In this document: one piece after another, positions 27,590 through 35,534 of the stretch
How positions within the stretch are numbered: the first letter of the stretch is position 1
Layout: every line of letters starts with the position of its first letter
Assembly (NCBI GenBank): GCA_947632235.1
Contig: CANROO010000001.1
Span: 1-46,691 of the forward strand
Origin: an uncultured Clostridia bacterium
GTDB taxonomy: Bacteria > Bacillota > Clostridia > Lachnospirales > CAG-274
DNA: 46,691 nucleotides
Direction of reading: 5' to 3'
The notes under the pieces: model-generated
Database searches by the model: none
Seen by the model: the letters and a program-made list of their open reading frames with translations, nothing else
What the model was told of the DNA's origin: nothing
Position numbers and translations under genes: made by a program

Positions 27590-28726
27590 ATGGTAAATCT
27601 GTTGATAGCAGGCTATCACGGCTTTGGAAACTGCGGTGACGAGGCTATATTAAAGGCGATGACCTCCAACATAAGGGAGTACGCGCCCGATGTAAATATC
27701 ACCGCCCTCAGTCATAAGCCCGAATTTACTAAAACCGAATACGGCATAAGCTCTGTTCAGCGCTTCAATGTCTTTCAGGTCATATCTGCCATAAGGCGGA
27801 GCGACATTATACTGAGCGGCGGCGGAACTCTTCTGCAGAACAGCACCAGTACGCGCTCTCTGCTCTACTATCTGAGCATTATAAAGCTTGCCAAGCTTTT
27901 CAGAAAGAGAGTCATGCTCTATGCCAACGGCATAGGTCCCGTGACGGGCAGGTTCAATCAGAGCGTAGTGCGCGCGGTCATAAACACCGTGGATGTCATA
28001 ACGCTCAGGGAAAAGCTCTCCGAGGCAGACCTGAGAAGCCTTGATGTGAGCAATCCAAACGTTACCGTTACGGCTGACGCTGCGTTCAAGCTCAAAAGCG
28101 TGGACAACGAGCGCGCGGAACAGATACTCAAAAACGAGGGCTTTATAGAAAGAGGAAAGCCCAGAGTGGGCGTTTCGGTGAGGTCATGGCACAAGGCAAA
28201 GTACGGCGATGACTATATTTCAAAGCTTGCCAGAGCCTTTGACAGCATAGCCGACACGGGAAAGGAAATAATTTTCCTGCCCATGCAGTTCCCCAGCGAC
28301 ATTGCCATATCAAAGAGGGTATCCTCGATGATGAAGAATAAATCCTATATACTGCAGAACCGCTATAAGCCTGCCGAGATATTGGGCATTGTGGGCGTAC
28401 TTGACGCCATGGTGAGCATGAGGCTCCACACTCTCATATTTGCGGCAGTCAAAAATATACCTATGGTCGGCATAATTTACGACCCCAAGATAGAATATTA
28501 TCTCAAGGAGCTGAATATGCCCGAGGGCGGAGATGTCAGGAAGGAAAAGCTTGACAGCGCCAAAATATCGGGTATAACGCTCGATATATTTGAGAATATG
28601 GATAAATATAAGTCCGCGCTTAAGCAAAAGGCGGACATAATGATGGAAAAGGCGGATGAAAACGATGTTCTGCTCATGCAGCAGCTGGACATCATAAGAA
28701 AGGAAAAGGAGAGGAAAAGAAAATGA
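27590..28726 (+). CDS. csaB: Polysaccharide pyruvyl transferase CsaB
   Basis: LIAGYHGFGNCGDEAILKAM N-terminus, SGGGTLLQN, and MRLHTLIFA. Confidence 0.8.
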   Translation: MVNLLIAGYHGFGNCGDEAILKAMTSNIREYAPDVNITALSHKPEFTKTEYGISSVQRFNVFQVISAIRRSDIILSGGGTLLQNSTSTRSLLYYLSIIKLAKLFRKRVMLYANGIGPVTGRFNQSVVRAVINTVDVITLREKLSEADLRSLDVSNPNVTVTADAAFKLKSVDNERAEQILKNEGFIERGKPRVGVSVRSWHKAKYGDDYISKLARAFDSIADTGKEIIFLPMQFPSDIAISKRVSSMMKNKSYILQNRYKPAEILGIVGVLDAMVSMRLHTLIFAAVKNIPMVGIIYDPKIEYYLKELNMPEGGDVRKEKLDSAKISGITLDIFENMDKYKSALKQKADIMMEKADENDVLLMQQLDIIRKEKERKRK

Positions 28727-29175
28727 AAAGATGGCTGATAGGGTTTTTAAGCGTGATAGCAAGCGTGACAATGGTGATGGGAAGCGTATACGCAGCAGAC
28801 GCAGGTTCCGAGGCGGATCCGCTTGTGTCAAAGAGCTATGTTGACGACAAAATAGAGCAGGTGCTCGCCAAGATAGGCCAGAGCTCGGGCGGTACGGCAT
28901 CGGGAACAGGCGCAGCCTTCACTCCCGTGAGCGTTGCCGTGGGCAAGACCATAATAGGCGGAGAAGGTACGGAGATAATATTAAGAGCAGGCAAGGCAGG
29001 CGTAGTTGTGAGCGGAAGCGAGGGCATATCCGATGTAACTACGGGTCAGACGCTCTACAACGGCCACAGCGCCTCTCTCAATCATCTCAACATAATATCG
29101 AGAGCGGACGGCAGAGGCTTTAAGGTGACCGAGGCGGCATGGTTCCTTGTAAAGGGAAGCTACACCGTTAATTAA
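28723..29175 (+). CDS. Small secreted hypothetical protein
   Basis: ATGA overlap with csaB. Signal peptide MKRWLIGFLSVIASVTMVMGSVYA. A DPLVSKSYVDDKIEQV helix is followed by a Gly/Ser-rich, beta-rich tail. I recognise no family. Confidence 0.6.
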   Translation: MKRWLIGFLSVIASVTMVMGSVYAADAGSEADPLVSKSYVDDKIEQVLAKIGQSSGGTASGTGAAFTPVSVAVGKTIIGGEGTEIILRAGKAGVVVSGSEGISDVTTGQTLYNGHSASLNHLNIISRADGRGFKVTEAAWFLVKGSYTVN

Positions 29176-29195
29176 AAAATAAGACGAGGTATTTT

Positions 29196-29927
29196 ATGAG
29201 TATATGCAGAATTTTGGGAGTGCCCTTTTCAAACATAAGCCCCGATGAGGCTATAGACAAGGTCATAGCCTGCCTTGACGGCAAGGGCAAATCTATGATA
29301 TTCACTCCCAATCCCGAAATGGTCATGGAAGCCAGAAAAAACAAGGAATTTATGGAGATCCTCAATTCAAGCACAATGAATGTGCCTGACGGCATAGGCA
29401 TAGTCTACGCTTCAAGGCTCACATCCTCGCCCATAAGGGAGAGGGTGGCAGGCTACGATATGCTTCTGGGCGTATTCGAGCGCATAAAAAATACCGGCAG
29501 GACCGTTTATTTCTTCGGCTCCGCTCCGGGCATAGCCGACAGGGCAAAAAAAGCCATAGAGGAGCGCTTTAAGGGCATAAAAATAGTCGGCACGGCAAAC
29601 GGATACTTTGACGAGGAGAGGGAGAAGGAAATAATTGCGGAAATAAATTCCCTCAAGCCCGACCTTCTGCTTGTGGGCATAGGCTTTCCGAGGCAGGAAA
29701 AATGGATATATAACAACATCAAAAAGCTGAATATAAGGGCTGCCGTGGGCGTTGGCGGAAGCTTCGACGGCTGGTGCGGAAATGTGCCGAGAGCGCCCGA
29801 GTTTTTCATAAAGCACAATCTGGAGTGGTTCTACAGGCTCATCAAACAGCCCTCCAGGATAGGGCGCATGATGCAGCTCCCCCTTTTCATGCTGGTTGTG
29901 ATAAGAAGCAGGATATTCGGCAGATAG
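29196..29927 (+). CDS. tagA: WecB/TagA/CpsF-family glycosyltransferase (N-acetylmannosaminyltransferase-like)
   Basis: Motifs ILGVPFSNISPDEAIDKV, TPNPEMVMEA, LVGIGFPRQEKW, and RAPEFFIKHNLEWFYRL. Confidence 0.75.
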   Translation: MSICRILGVPFSNISPDEAIDKVIACLDGKGKSMIFTPNPEMVMEARKNKEFMEILNSSTMNVPDGIGIVYASRLTSSPIRERVAGYDMLLGVFERIKNTGRTVYFFGSAPGIADRAKKAIEERFKGIKIVGTANGYFDEEREKEIIAEINSLKPDLLLVGIGFPRQEKWIYNNIKKLNIRAAVGVGGSFDGWCGNVPRAPEFFIKHNLEWFYRLIKQPSRIGRMMQLPLFMLVVIRSRIFGR

Positions 29928-29937
29928 TACGGGAGGT

Positions 29938-30468
29938 ATGATTATGAGCGGAGGCTTTATGAAGCTTGCGGAGGAGAGATATTCCGTAAGGAAATTCCAA
30001 GACAAAAAAATAGATAAAAAAGAGCTTGAGGAGATATTGAAGGCAGGACATATTGCGCCCACAGCCTGCAATATACAGCCCCAGAGAATACTTGTGATAG
30101 AGAGCGATGAGGCGCTTGAAAAGCTCAAAGAGTGTACAAAGTGCCACTTTGATGCGCCCCTTGCCCTTCTTGTGGGCTACAGCAAGTCGGAGTGCTGGAA
30201 GCGCAGATATGACGGCAAGCCAAGCGGAGACATAGACGCAAGCATAGTCACAACGCATATGATGCTCGCGGCTCAGGCGCTCGGCATAGGCTCGACATGG
30301 GTAATGCATTTCGACCCCGAAAAAATGCGGAAGGCATTCAATGTGCCGGAGGATATAGAAATGACTGCCCTGCTCGTTATGGGCTATCCCCACGATGAGG
30401 CAGAGCCGTATGAGGGCCACAGCACATTCAGGAGTATGGATGAGGTTGTGAGGTATGATAGCTTTTAG
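29938..30468 (+). CDS. Nitroreductase family protein
   Basis: Motifs ERYSVRKF, APTACNIQP and ALGIGSTWV. Alternative starts at 29944 or 29959 have better SD spacing. Confidence 0.75.
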   Translation: MIMSGGFMKLAEERYSVRKFQDKKIDKKELEEILKAGHIAPTACNIQPQRILVIESDEALEKLKECTKCHFDAPLALLVGYSKSECWKRRYDGKPSGDIDASIVTTHMMLAAQALGIGSTWVMHFDPEKMRKAFNVPEDIEMTALLVMGYPHDEAEPYEGHSTFRSMDEVVRYDSF

Positions 30469-30473
30469 ATTTA

Positions 30474-30499
30474 TTGAAAGAAATGCTTGCATTTCTTTC
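30474..30499 (+). terminator. Hairpin after the nitroreductase gene
   Basis: Perfect 11-bp stem gaaagaaatgc-tt-gcatttctttc with no clear T-run. Confidence 0.4.
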
Positions 30500-30539
30500 A
30501 GTTGAATTAAGGTAGGAACCAGCCGTGTTTTCCGCAATT

Positions 30540-31100
30540 TTGGCATAAATGCCAAAATTACAGAAAAGTTCCTGTCCTCAGGCGGGCAAAGCTCGCCTTG
30601 CGGATTTTAGTCTGCGACGCTTTTTGCAGTCAGTTTATACAGATAATTCAAAATTTTAAACTAAAATATACTTGCGGGCGAGCAATGGCTGGTCGTTTTG
30701 CTTCGCAAAACTGCTCGCCCGCGGGAGACCACAGGTCTCCCCTACATTAATAAGTAGTGCAAAACATAAATATTTTACACATTATATCGGATGTCTATCC
30801 GTGCGAGCCGCTTGTCTGAGCCGTAGGCTCAGGTAGCGAAAGGCTCGCACTGTAACAACTCTTTTGTGCGGTATTAATTCCACATACATAACAGGCACAA
30901 AAGCCGTTAGGGGTGTGTCAGCGCTTTTCCTGCGGAAAAGCCGCACTGCGTGCGTCCGCATTTATCTTTGCGGCGCAATGGGCAAATCGGAAATTCCCTT
31001 TGAATCGGAAGAAGTATCCGACAAGGCGAAGCCTTGCTTTTGCGAAGCAAAAGTTCTGAACACGCTTTTTGCTTCTTTTTGTGCGCAAAAAGAAGCATAA
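30540..31100. repeat. Hairpin-dense modular intergenic repeat, long composite copy
   Basis: 30782-30917 and 31061-31095 are inverted copies of 11345-11480 and 11291-11325. The about 143-nt insert 30918-31060 contains a 28-nt module (30954-30981) that is 25/28 identical to 16503-16530. Upstream hairpins: aattttggca/tgccaaaatt, gcgggcgagca/tgctcgcccgc and gggagacc/ggtctccc. Confidence 0.85.
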
Positions 31101-31187
31101 TATTATTTAAAAATAAAAATATAAAATTTCATAGTAAAAGAAATAAAAATTTCTTACTTCTTTAAAATTAAAGAAGTAAATATAAAA

Positions 31188-31211
31188 GAAACGGCTCAAG
31201 CGAGCCGTTTC
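31188..31211 (-). terminator. Intrinsic terminator of glnA
   Basis: Minus strand GAAACGGCTC-gctt-GAGCCGTTTC followed by TTTTATATTT. Confidence 0.7.
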
Positions 31212-31238
31212 CTTTATATGAAGTATATTGACAAAAAA

Positions 31239-32573
31239 TCAATATACGCTTAAATAATTATCGATCTCCCACTGGCTTACGAACATTCTGAAAGAATCCC
31301 ATTCAGCCATCTTTGACTTATAGAACGCCTTATAAGCGTGCTTTCCGAGGACCTCCTTAACAAGTCCGTCCTCCTCCATAACTCTGAGAGCCTCATAAAG
31401 GTTGCCGGGAAGGTTCTTTACGCCGAGCTCATCTCTCTCTTCCTGAGTAGATCTGAAGAGGTTTACATCTACGCTCTCGGGAGCAGGAAGGTTATTCTTT
31501 ATACCGTCAAGACCTGCTGCCAGACAGCATGCCAAGCAGAGATATGGGTTAGTTGACGGGTCGGGGCTTCTGAGCTCAATTCTTGTGCCTGCGCCTCTTG
31601 AAGCAGGTATTCTTATAATATCGGTCCTGTTGGATGCAGACCAAGCGATGTAGCAGGGAGCCTCGTAGCCGGGTACAAGTCTCTTGTAGGAGTTTACAAG
31701 GGGATTTGTAACGGCAGTGATGCCTGCAACGTGCTTAAGCACACCTGCTATGAAGCTGTAAGCTGTGTCCGAGAGCTGAAGCTCCGTAGTAGGATCGAAA
31801 AATGCGTTCTTGCCGTCCTTGAAAAGCGACATATTTGTATGCATACCCGAGCCGTTTATACCGAATATAGGCTTGGGAATGAATGTAGCGTGAAGACCGT
31901 ACTTCTTGGCGATAGTCTTGACTACAAGCCTGAATGTAACAACATTGTCGGCAGTTGTAAGAGCGTCTGCATACTTGAAGTCTATCTCGTGCTGACCCTC
32001 TGCAACCTCATGGTGAGAAGCCTCGATCTCAAAGCCCATTGCCTCAAGAGTAAGGCAGATGTCTCTTCTTGCGTCTGTGCCGAGGTCTACGGGGTCAAGG
32101 TCGAAGTAGCCTGCCTCGTCATTTGTATCGGTAGTAGGTCTGCCTTCATCGTCCGTCTTGAATAAGAAGAACTCGCACTCATTACCTACATTGAATGTAT
32201 AGCCGAGCCTCTCAGCCTCAGCCATCTGTCTTTTAAGTATGCCTCTGGGGTCACCCTCAAAGGGTACCTCGTTCTTGCTGTCGTAAACATCGCATATAAA
32301 TCTGGCAACCTTGCCCTTCTGGGGTCTCCAGGGGTAAATAACGAAGGTATCGAGGTCGGGTCTTAAGTACATATCGGACTCCTCTATTCTTGCGAAGCCC
32401 TCTATTGAAGAACCATCGAACATCATACCGTCCTCAAGCACCTTTTCAAGCTGTGAGCGTGTAACGGCAACATTCTTGGGTATGCCCAGAACATCGATAA
32501 ACTGAAGTCTTATAAACTCAACATCGTTTTCATCACAGATCTTAATTATCTGTTCCTTTGTGTACTTAGCCAT
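31239..32573 (-). CDS. glnA: Glutamine synthetase, type I
   Basis: 444 aa from [30 protein letters not shown] (GGAAGGAGA SD), with [10 protein letters not shown] and [17 protein letters not shown]. The ORF extension to 32732 covers the leader. Confidence 0.95.
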   Translation of the reverse strand: MAKYTKEQIIKICDENDVEFIRLQFIDVLGIPKNVAVTRSQLEKVLEDGMMFDGSSIEGFARIEESDMYLRPDLDTFVIYPWRPQKGKVARFICDVYDSKNEVPFEGDPRGILKRQMAEAERLGYTFNVGNECEFFLFKTDDEGRPTTDTNDEAGYFDLDPVDLGTDARRDICLTLEAMGFEIEASHHEVAEGQHEIDFKYADALTTADNVVTFRLVVKTIAKKYGLHATFIPKPIFGINGSGMHTNMSLFKDGKNAFFDPTTELQLSDTAYSFIAGVLKHVAGITAVTNPLVNSYKRLVPGYEAPCYIAWSASNRTDIIRIPASRGAGTRIELRSPDPSTNPYLCLACCLAAGLDGIKNNLPAPESVDVNLFRSTQEERDELGVKNLPGNLYEALRVMEEDGLVKEVLGKHAYKAFYKSKMAEWDSFRMFVSQWEIDNYLSVY

Positions 32574-32641
32574 TTTTAAAGTCTCCTTCCGATTTAAAAA
32601 ACTTAAGATTTTAGGCGGGTATGGCCCGCTTTTGCTTTTGC

Positions 32642-32683
32642 AAAAACAAAACGGGTGCTTGGATACACTGTATCCAAACACCC
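32642..32683 (-). promoter_or_regulatory. Terminator-like hairpin inside the glnA 5' leader
   Basis: Minus strand GGGUGUUUGGAUAC-AGU-GUAUCCAAGCACCC (14 bp, one G-U pair) followed by GUUUUGUUUUUGC. It lies between the predicted promoter and the glnA RBS. Confidence 0.55.
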
Positions 32684-32697
32684 TTGTTATGTAAATT

Positions 32698-32726
32698 ATT
32701 ATACTCACATAAATCCGAAATGTCAA
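32698..32726 (-). promoter_or_regulatory. Consensus sigma-A promoter upstream of glnA
   Basis: Minus strand TTGACA (32721-32726), exactly 17-nt spacer, TATAAT (32698-32703). Confidence 0.55.
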
Positions 32727-32801
32727 CAACAAAATTAAATTTTGCCGTTTTTTATTTAATCTGTATAATTATAACGACTTTTGATTTTAATTTTGTGCAA
32801 T

Positions 32802-34073
32802 TTATCTATATAATATTTCCTCTCTCTTGGGTCCGTTGCTGACCATGGATATTTTCACACCGAGCTCTTTTTCTATAAATTCCACATAAGCCTTAGCCTC
32901 CTTGGGAAGCTCGTCATAGCTCTTTATGCCCCTTATGTCGCTCTTCCAGCCGGGGAGAGTTTCATACACGGGCTTTGACTTATAGAGCTTGTCGGTGGTG
33001 AGGAAGTCCTTGTATACCCTGCCCTCGTATTCGTAGCCGGTGCAGATATGGAGGGTATCCATATAGCTGAGCACATCAAGGCAGGTCATGCAGACCTCCG
33101 TTGCGCCCTGTATCTCGCAGCCGTAGCGTGTGGCAACGGCGTCAAAATAGCCCACTCTCCTGGGTCTGCCCGTAGTGGCGCCGAACTCGCCCTTGTCTCC
33201 GCCTCTTCTTCTCAGCTCATCGGCTTCATCGCCGAAAAGCTCCGTAACAAAGGGACCTGCGCCCACTGCGGAGGAATAAGCCTTTGTAATTACGGTTATG
33301 TTCTTTATCTCATAGGGCGGTATGCCTGCGCCCACTGCGGAATAGCCTGCAAGAGTTGAGGAGCTTGTGACATAGGGATAAATGCCGTGGTCGGTATCCT
33401 TCAAAGAGCCGAGCTGACCCTCGAGAAGTATATTCTTGCCCTCTTTTATTGCATTCCTCAGAAACTTTGAGGTGTCTGCGACATGAGGCTTTATGAATTC
33501 CGCGTAGCCCTTTAATATATCAAATACTTCCTTATAGTCCACGGGCTCCTTATTATAGAGGTACTTGAACTGTATATTCACCTTTTCATACATCGTTTTG
33601 AGCTTTTCGAGCAGAAATTCCTCATCGTAAAGCTCCCACACCTGTACGCCCGTCTTGGAATACTTGTCGGCAAAGAATGGCGCTATACCGCTCTTTGTGG
33701 AGCCGAACTTCTTGTCCCCCAGTCTTTCCTCCTCGTATACATCCATGAGTACATGGTGAGGCATGAGCACCTGAGCCTTGTCGCTTATGAGCAGGTTGAA
33801 TTTTATCCCTGCGTCCGTAAGCTGTTTTATTTCCTCCTTAAGCGAAGCGACATTGAGCGCAACACCGTTGGCTATTACATTTGTTATATGCTCGTGAAAA
33901 ACACCGCTGGGAAGCTGATGCAGGGCAAAGCGTCCCTTGTCGTTTATAATGGTGTGGCCTGCGTTTGCTCCGCCCTGAAATCTCACAACTATGTCGGAGC
34001 TGTCCGCGCACATGTCCGTTATTTTGCCCTTGCCCTCGTCGCCCCAGTTGGCGCCCACAATAGCTCTTATCAT
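32802..34073 (-). CDS. purA: Adenylosuccinate synthetase
   Basis: Motifs VGANWGDEGKGKITD, GGANAGHT and GTTGRPRRVGYFD. Confidence 0.95.
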   Translation of the reverse strand: MIRAIVGANWGDEGKGKITDMCADSSDIVVRFQGGANAGHTIINDKGRFALHQLPSGVFHEHITNVIANGVALNVASLKEEIKQLTDAGIKFNLLISDKAQVLMPHHVLMDVYEEERLGDKKFGSTKSGIAPFFADKYSKTGVQVWELYDEEFLLEKLKTMYEKVNIQFKYLYNKEPVDYKEVFDILKGYAEFIKPHVADTSKFLRNAIKEGKNILLEGQLGSLKDTDHGIYPYVTSSSTLAGYSAVGAGIPPYEIKNITVITKAYSSAVGAGPFVTELFGDEADELRRRGGDKGEFGATTGRPRRVGYFDAVATRYGCEIQGATEVCMTCLDVLSYMDTLHICTGYEYEGRVYKDFLTTDKLYKSKPVYETLPGWKSDIRGIKSYDELPKEAKAYVEFIEKELGVKISMVSNGPKREEILYR

Positions 34074-34087
34074 ATAAAAACCTCCCT

Positions 34088-35518
34088 TTAGACAGTCAAT
34101 TCGGCATCGCCTATGAGGCTCTGCTTATTCTTGTCCAGAACAGGCTGTACCTGCTCCGTAATATATTCCTCTACCTGCTGAGGCGCTCTGCCCACAAAGT
34201 TCTTGGGCTCCAGCACCTTGTAAAGGTCTTCAAGGCTCATGCCGAACATGGGCTCCTTGGCTATCCTCTCCATAAGGTCGTTCTTTCCGCCCTCCTGCTT
34301 GACAACGGCGGCAGCCTCCATTGAAAGCTCTCTTATCCTCTCGTGGAGCTCCTGCCTGTCTCCGCCTCTTTTAACGGCGTCCATCATTATGTTCTCCGTT
34401 GCCATGAAGGGAAGCTCCTCCATGAGCCTGCGCTCTATCACCTTGGGATATACCACAAGTCCGCCCGACACATTCAGATAAATGTTGAGTATGGCATCGC
34501 AGGCAAGGAAGGCCTCGGGTATGGCTATACGCTTGTTTGCGCTGTCGTCAAGCGTTCTCTCGAACCACTGAGCAGATGCGGTTATAGCAGGGTTGAGAGC
34601 GTCCGTTATTATATATCTTGCAAGTGAGGCTATCCTTTCGCTTCTCATGGGGTTTCTCTTGTAAGCCATGGCGGAAGAACCTATCTGGTTTTTCTCGAAG
34701 GGCTCTTCCATTTCCTTCAAGTGCTGTAAAAGGCGCATATCGTTTGAAAACTTGGTACAGCTCTGCGCTATACCGCTCAGCACATTCAGGAATATGGAAT
34801 CCAGCTTTCTGGTGTAGGTCTGTCCGCTGACAGCAAACACACCGCTGTAGCCGAGCTTTTCGGCTATCATATTGTCGAGCCTTTTCACCTTGTCGGTGTC
34901 GCCCTCAAAAAGCTCCATAAACGAAGCCTGCGTGCCCGTTGTGCCCTTGGAGCCCAAGAGCTTGGCATTTGAGAGCACAAAGTCTATCTGCTCCAGATCC
35001 ATCATGAGGTCCTGTATCCACAGGCAGGTTCTCTTGCCCACAGTGGTGGTCTGGGCGGCCTGAAAATGAGTGAAGCCCAATGTGGGCATATCCTTATATT
35101 CCATAGCGAAAGCAGAAAGCTTGTTTATAACGGAAAGCACCTTTGTGCGTATGAGCTTCATAGCTTCCACCATTATTATAACATCCGTGTTGTCGCCCAC
35201 GTAACAGCTTGTGGCGCCGAGGTGTATTATCCCCTTTGCCTTGGGGCACTGCAGACCGTAGGCATAAACGTGCGACATTACATCGTGGCGCACTATTTTT
35301 TCCCTTTCCTGCGCTTCCTCATAGTTTATATCGTCCTTGTGAGCCTTAAGCTCGTCTATCTGTTCCTGTGTTATGTCAAGTCCCAGCTCCTTCTCGGCTT
35401 CGGCAAGCGCTATCCAAAGTCTCCGCCATGTTCTGAACTTCATATCGGGCGAAAATATGGCCTTCATCTCTTCGCTTGCATATCTGGAATTGAGGGGGCT
35501 TTCGTATTCGTTTTTCAT
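34088..35518 (-). CDS. purB: Adenylosuccinate lyase
   Basis: 476 aa with SPLNSRYAS, GSSAMAYKRNPMRSE (fumarate-lyase signature) and HLGATS. Confidence 0.95.
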   Translation of the reverse strand: MKNEYESPLNSRYASEEMKAIFSPDMKFRTWRRLWIALAEAEKELGLDITQEQIDELKAHKDDINYEEAQEREKIVRHDVMSHVYAYGLQCPKAKGIIHLGATSCYVGDNTDVIIMVEAMKLIRTKVLSVINKLSAFAMEYKDMPTLGFTHFQAAQTTTVGKRTCLWIQDLMMDLEQIDFVLSNAKLLGSKGTTGTQASFMELFEGDTDKVKRLDNMIAEKLGYSGVFAVSGQTYTRKLDSIFLNVLSGIAQSCTKFSNDMRLLQHLKEMEEPFEKNQIGSSAMAYKRNPMRSERIASLARYIITDALNPAITASAQWFERTLDDSANKRIAIPEAFLACDAILNIYLNVSGGLVVYPKVIERRLMEELPFMATENIMMDAVKRGGDRQELHERIRELSMEAAAVVKQEGGKNDLMERIAKEPMFGMSLEDLYKVLEPKNFVGRAPQQVEEYITEQVQPVLDKNKQSLIGDAELTV

Positions 35519-35534
35519 ATTTATCCTCCGTTTT

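Noticed and set aside
11291-31095. Calling the repeat-bracketed 19-kb segment a transposon, prophage or integrative element
   Set aside because: There is no transposase, integrase, recombinase, phage structural gene or conjugation gene inside it. I saw no direct target-site duplication, and the repeats are only about 88% identical. It is reported only as a boundary observation.
32574-32732. N-terminal extension of the glnA ORF (497-aa version), and a possible glutamine riboswitch, T-box or GlnR/TnrA box in the leader
   Set aside because: MAKYTKEQ with a GGAAGGAGA SD is the conserved GS start. I could not find the E-loop/pseudoknot glnA-RNA motif, AGAGA/T-box motifs, or TGTNA-N7-TNACA sites by eye.
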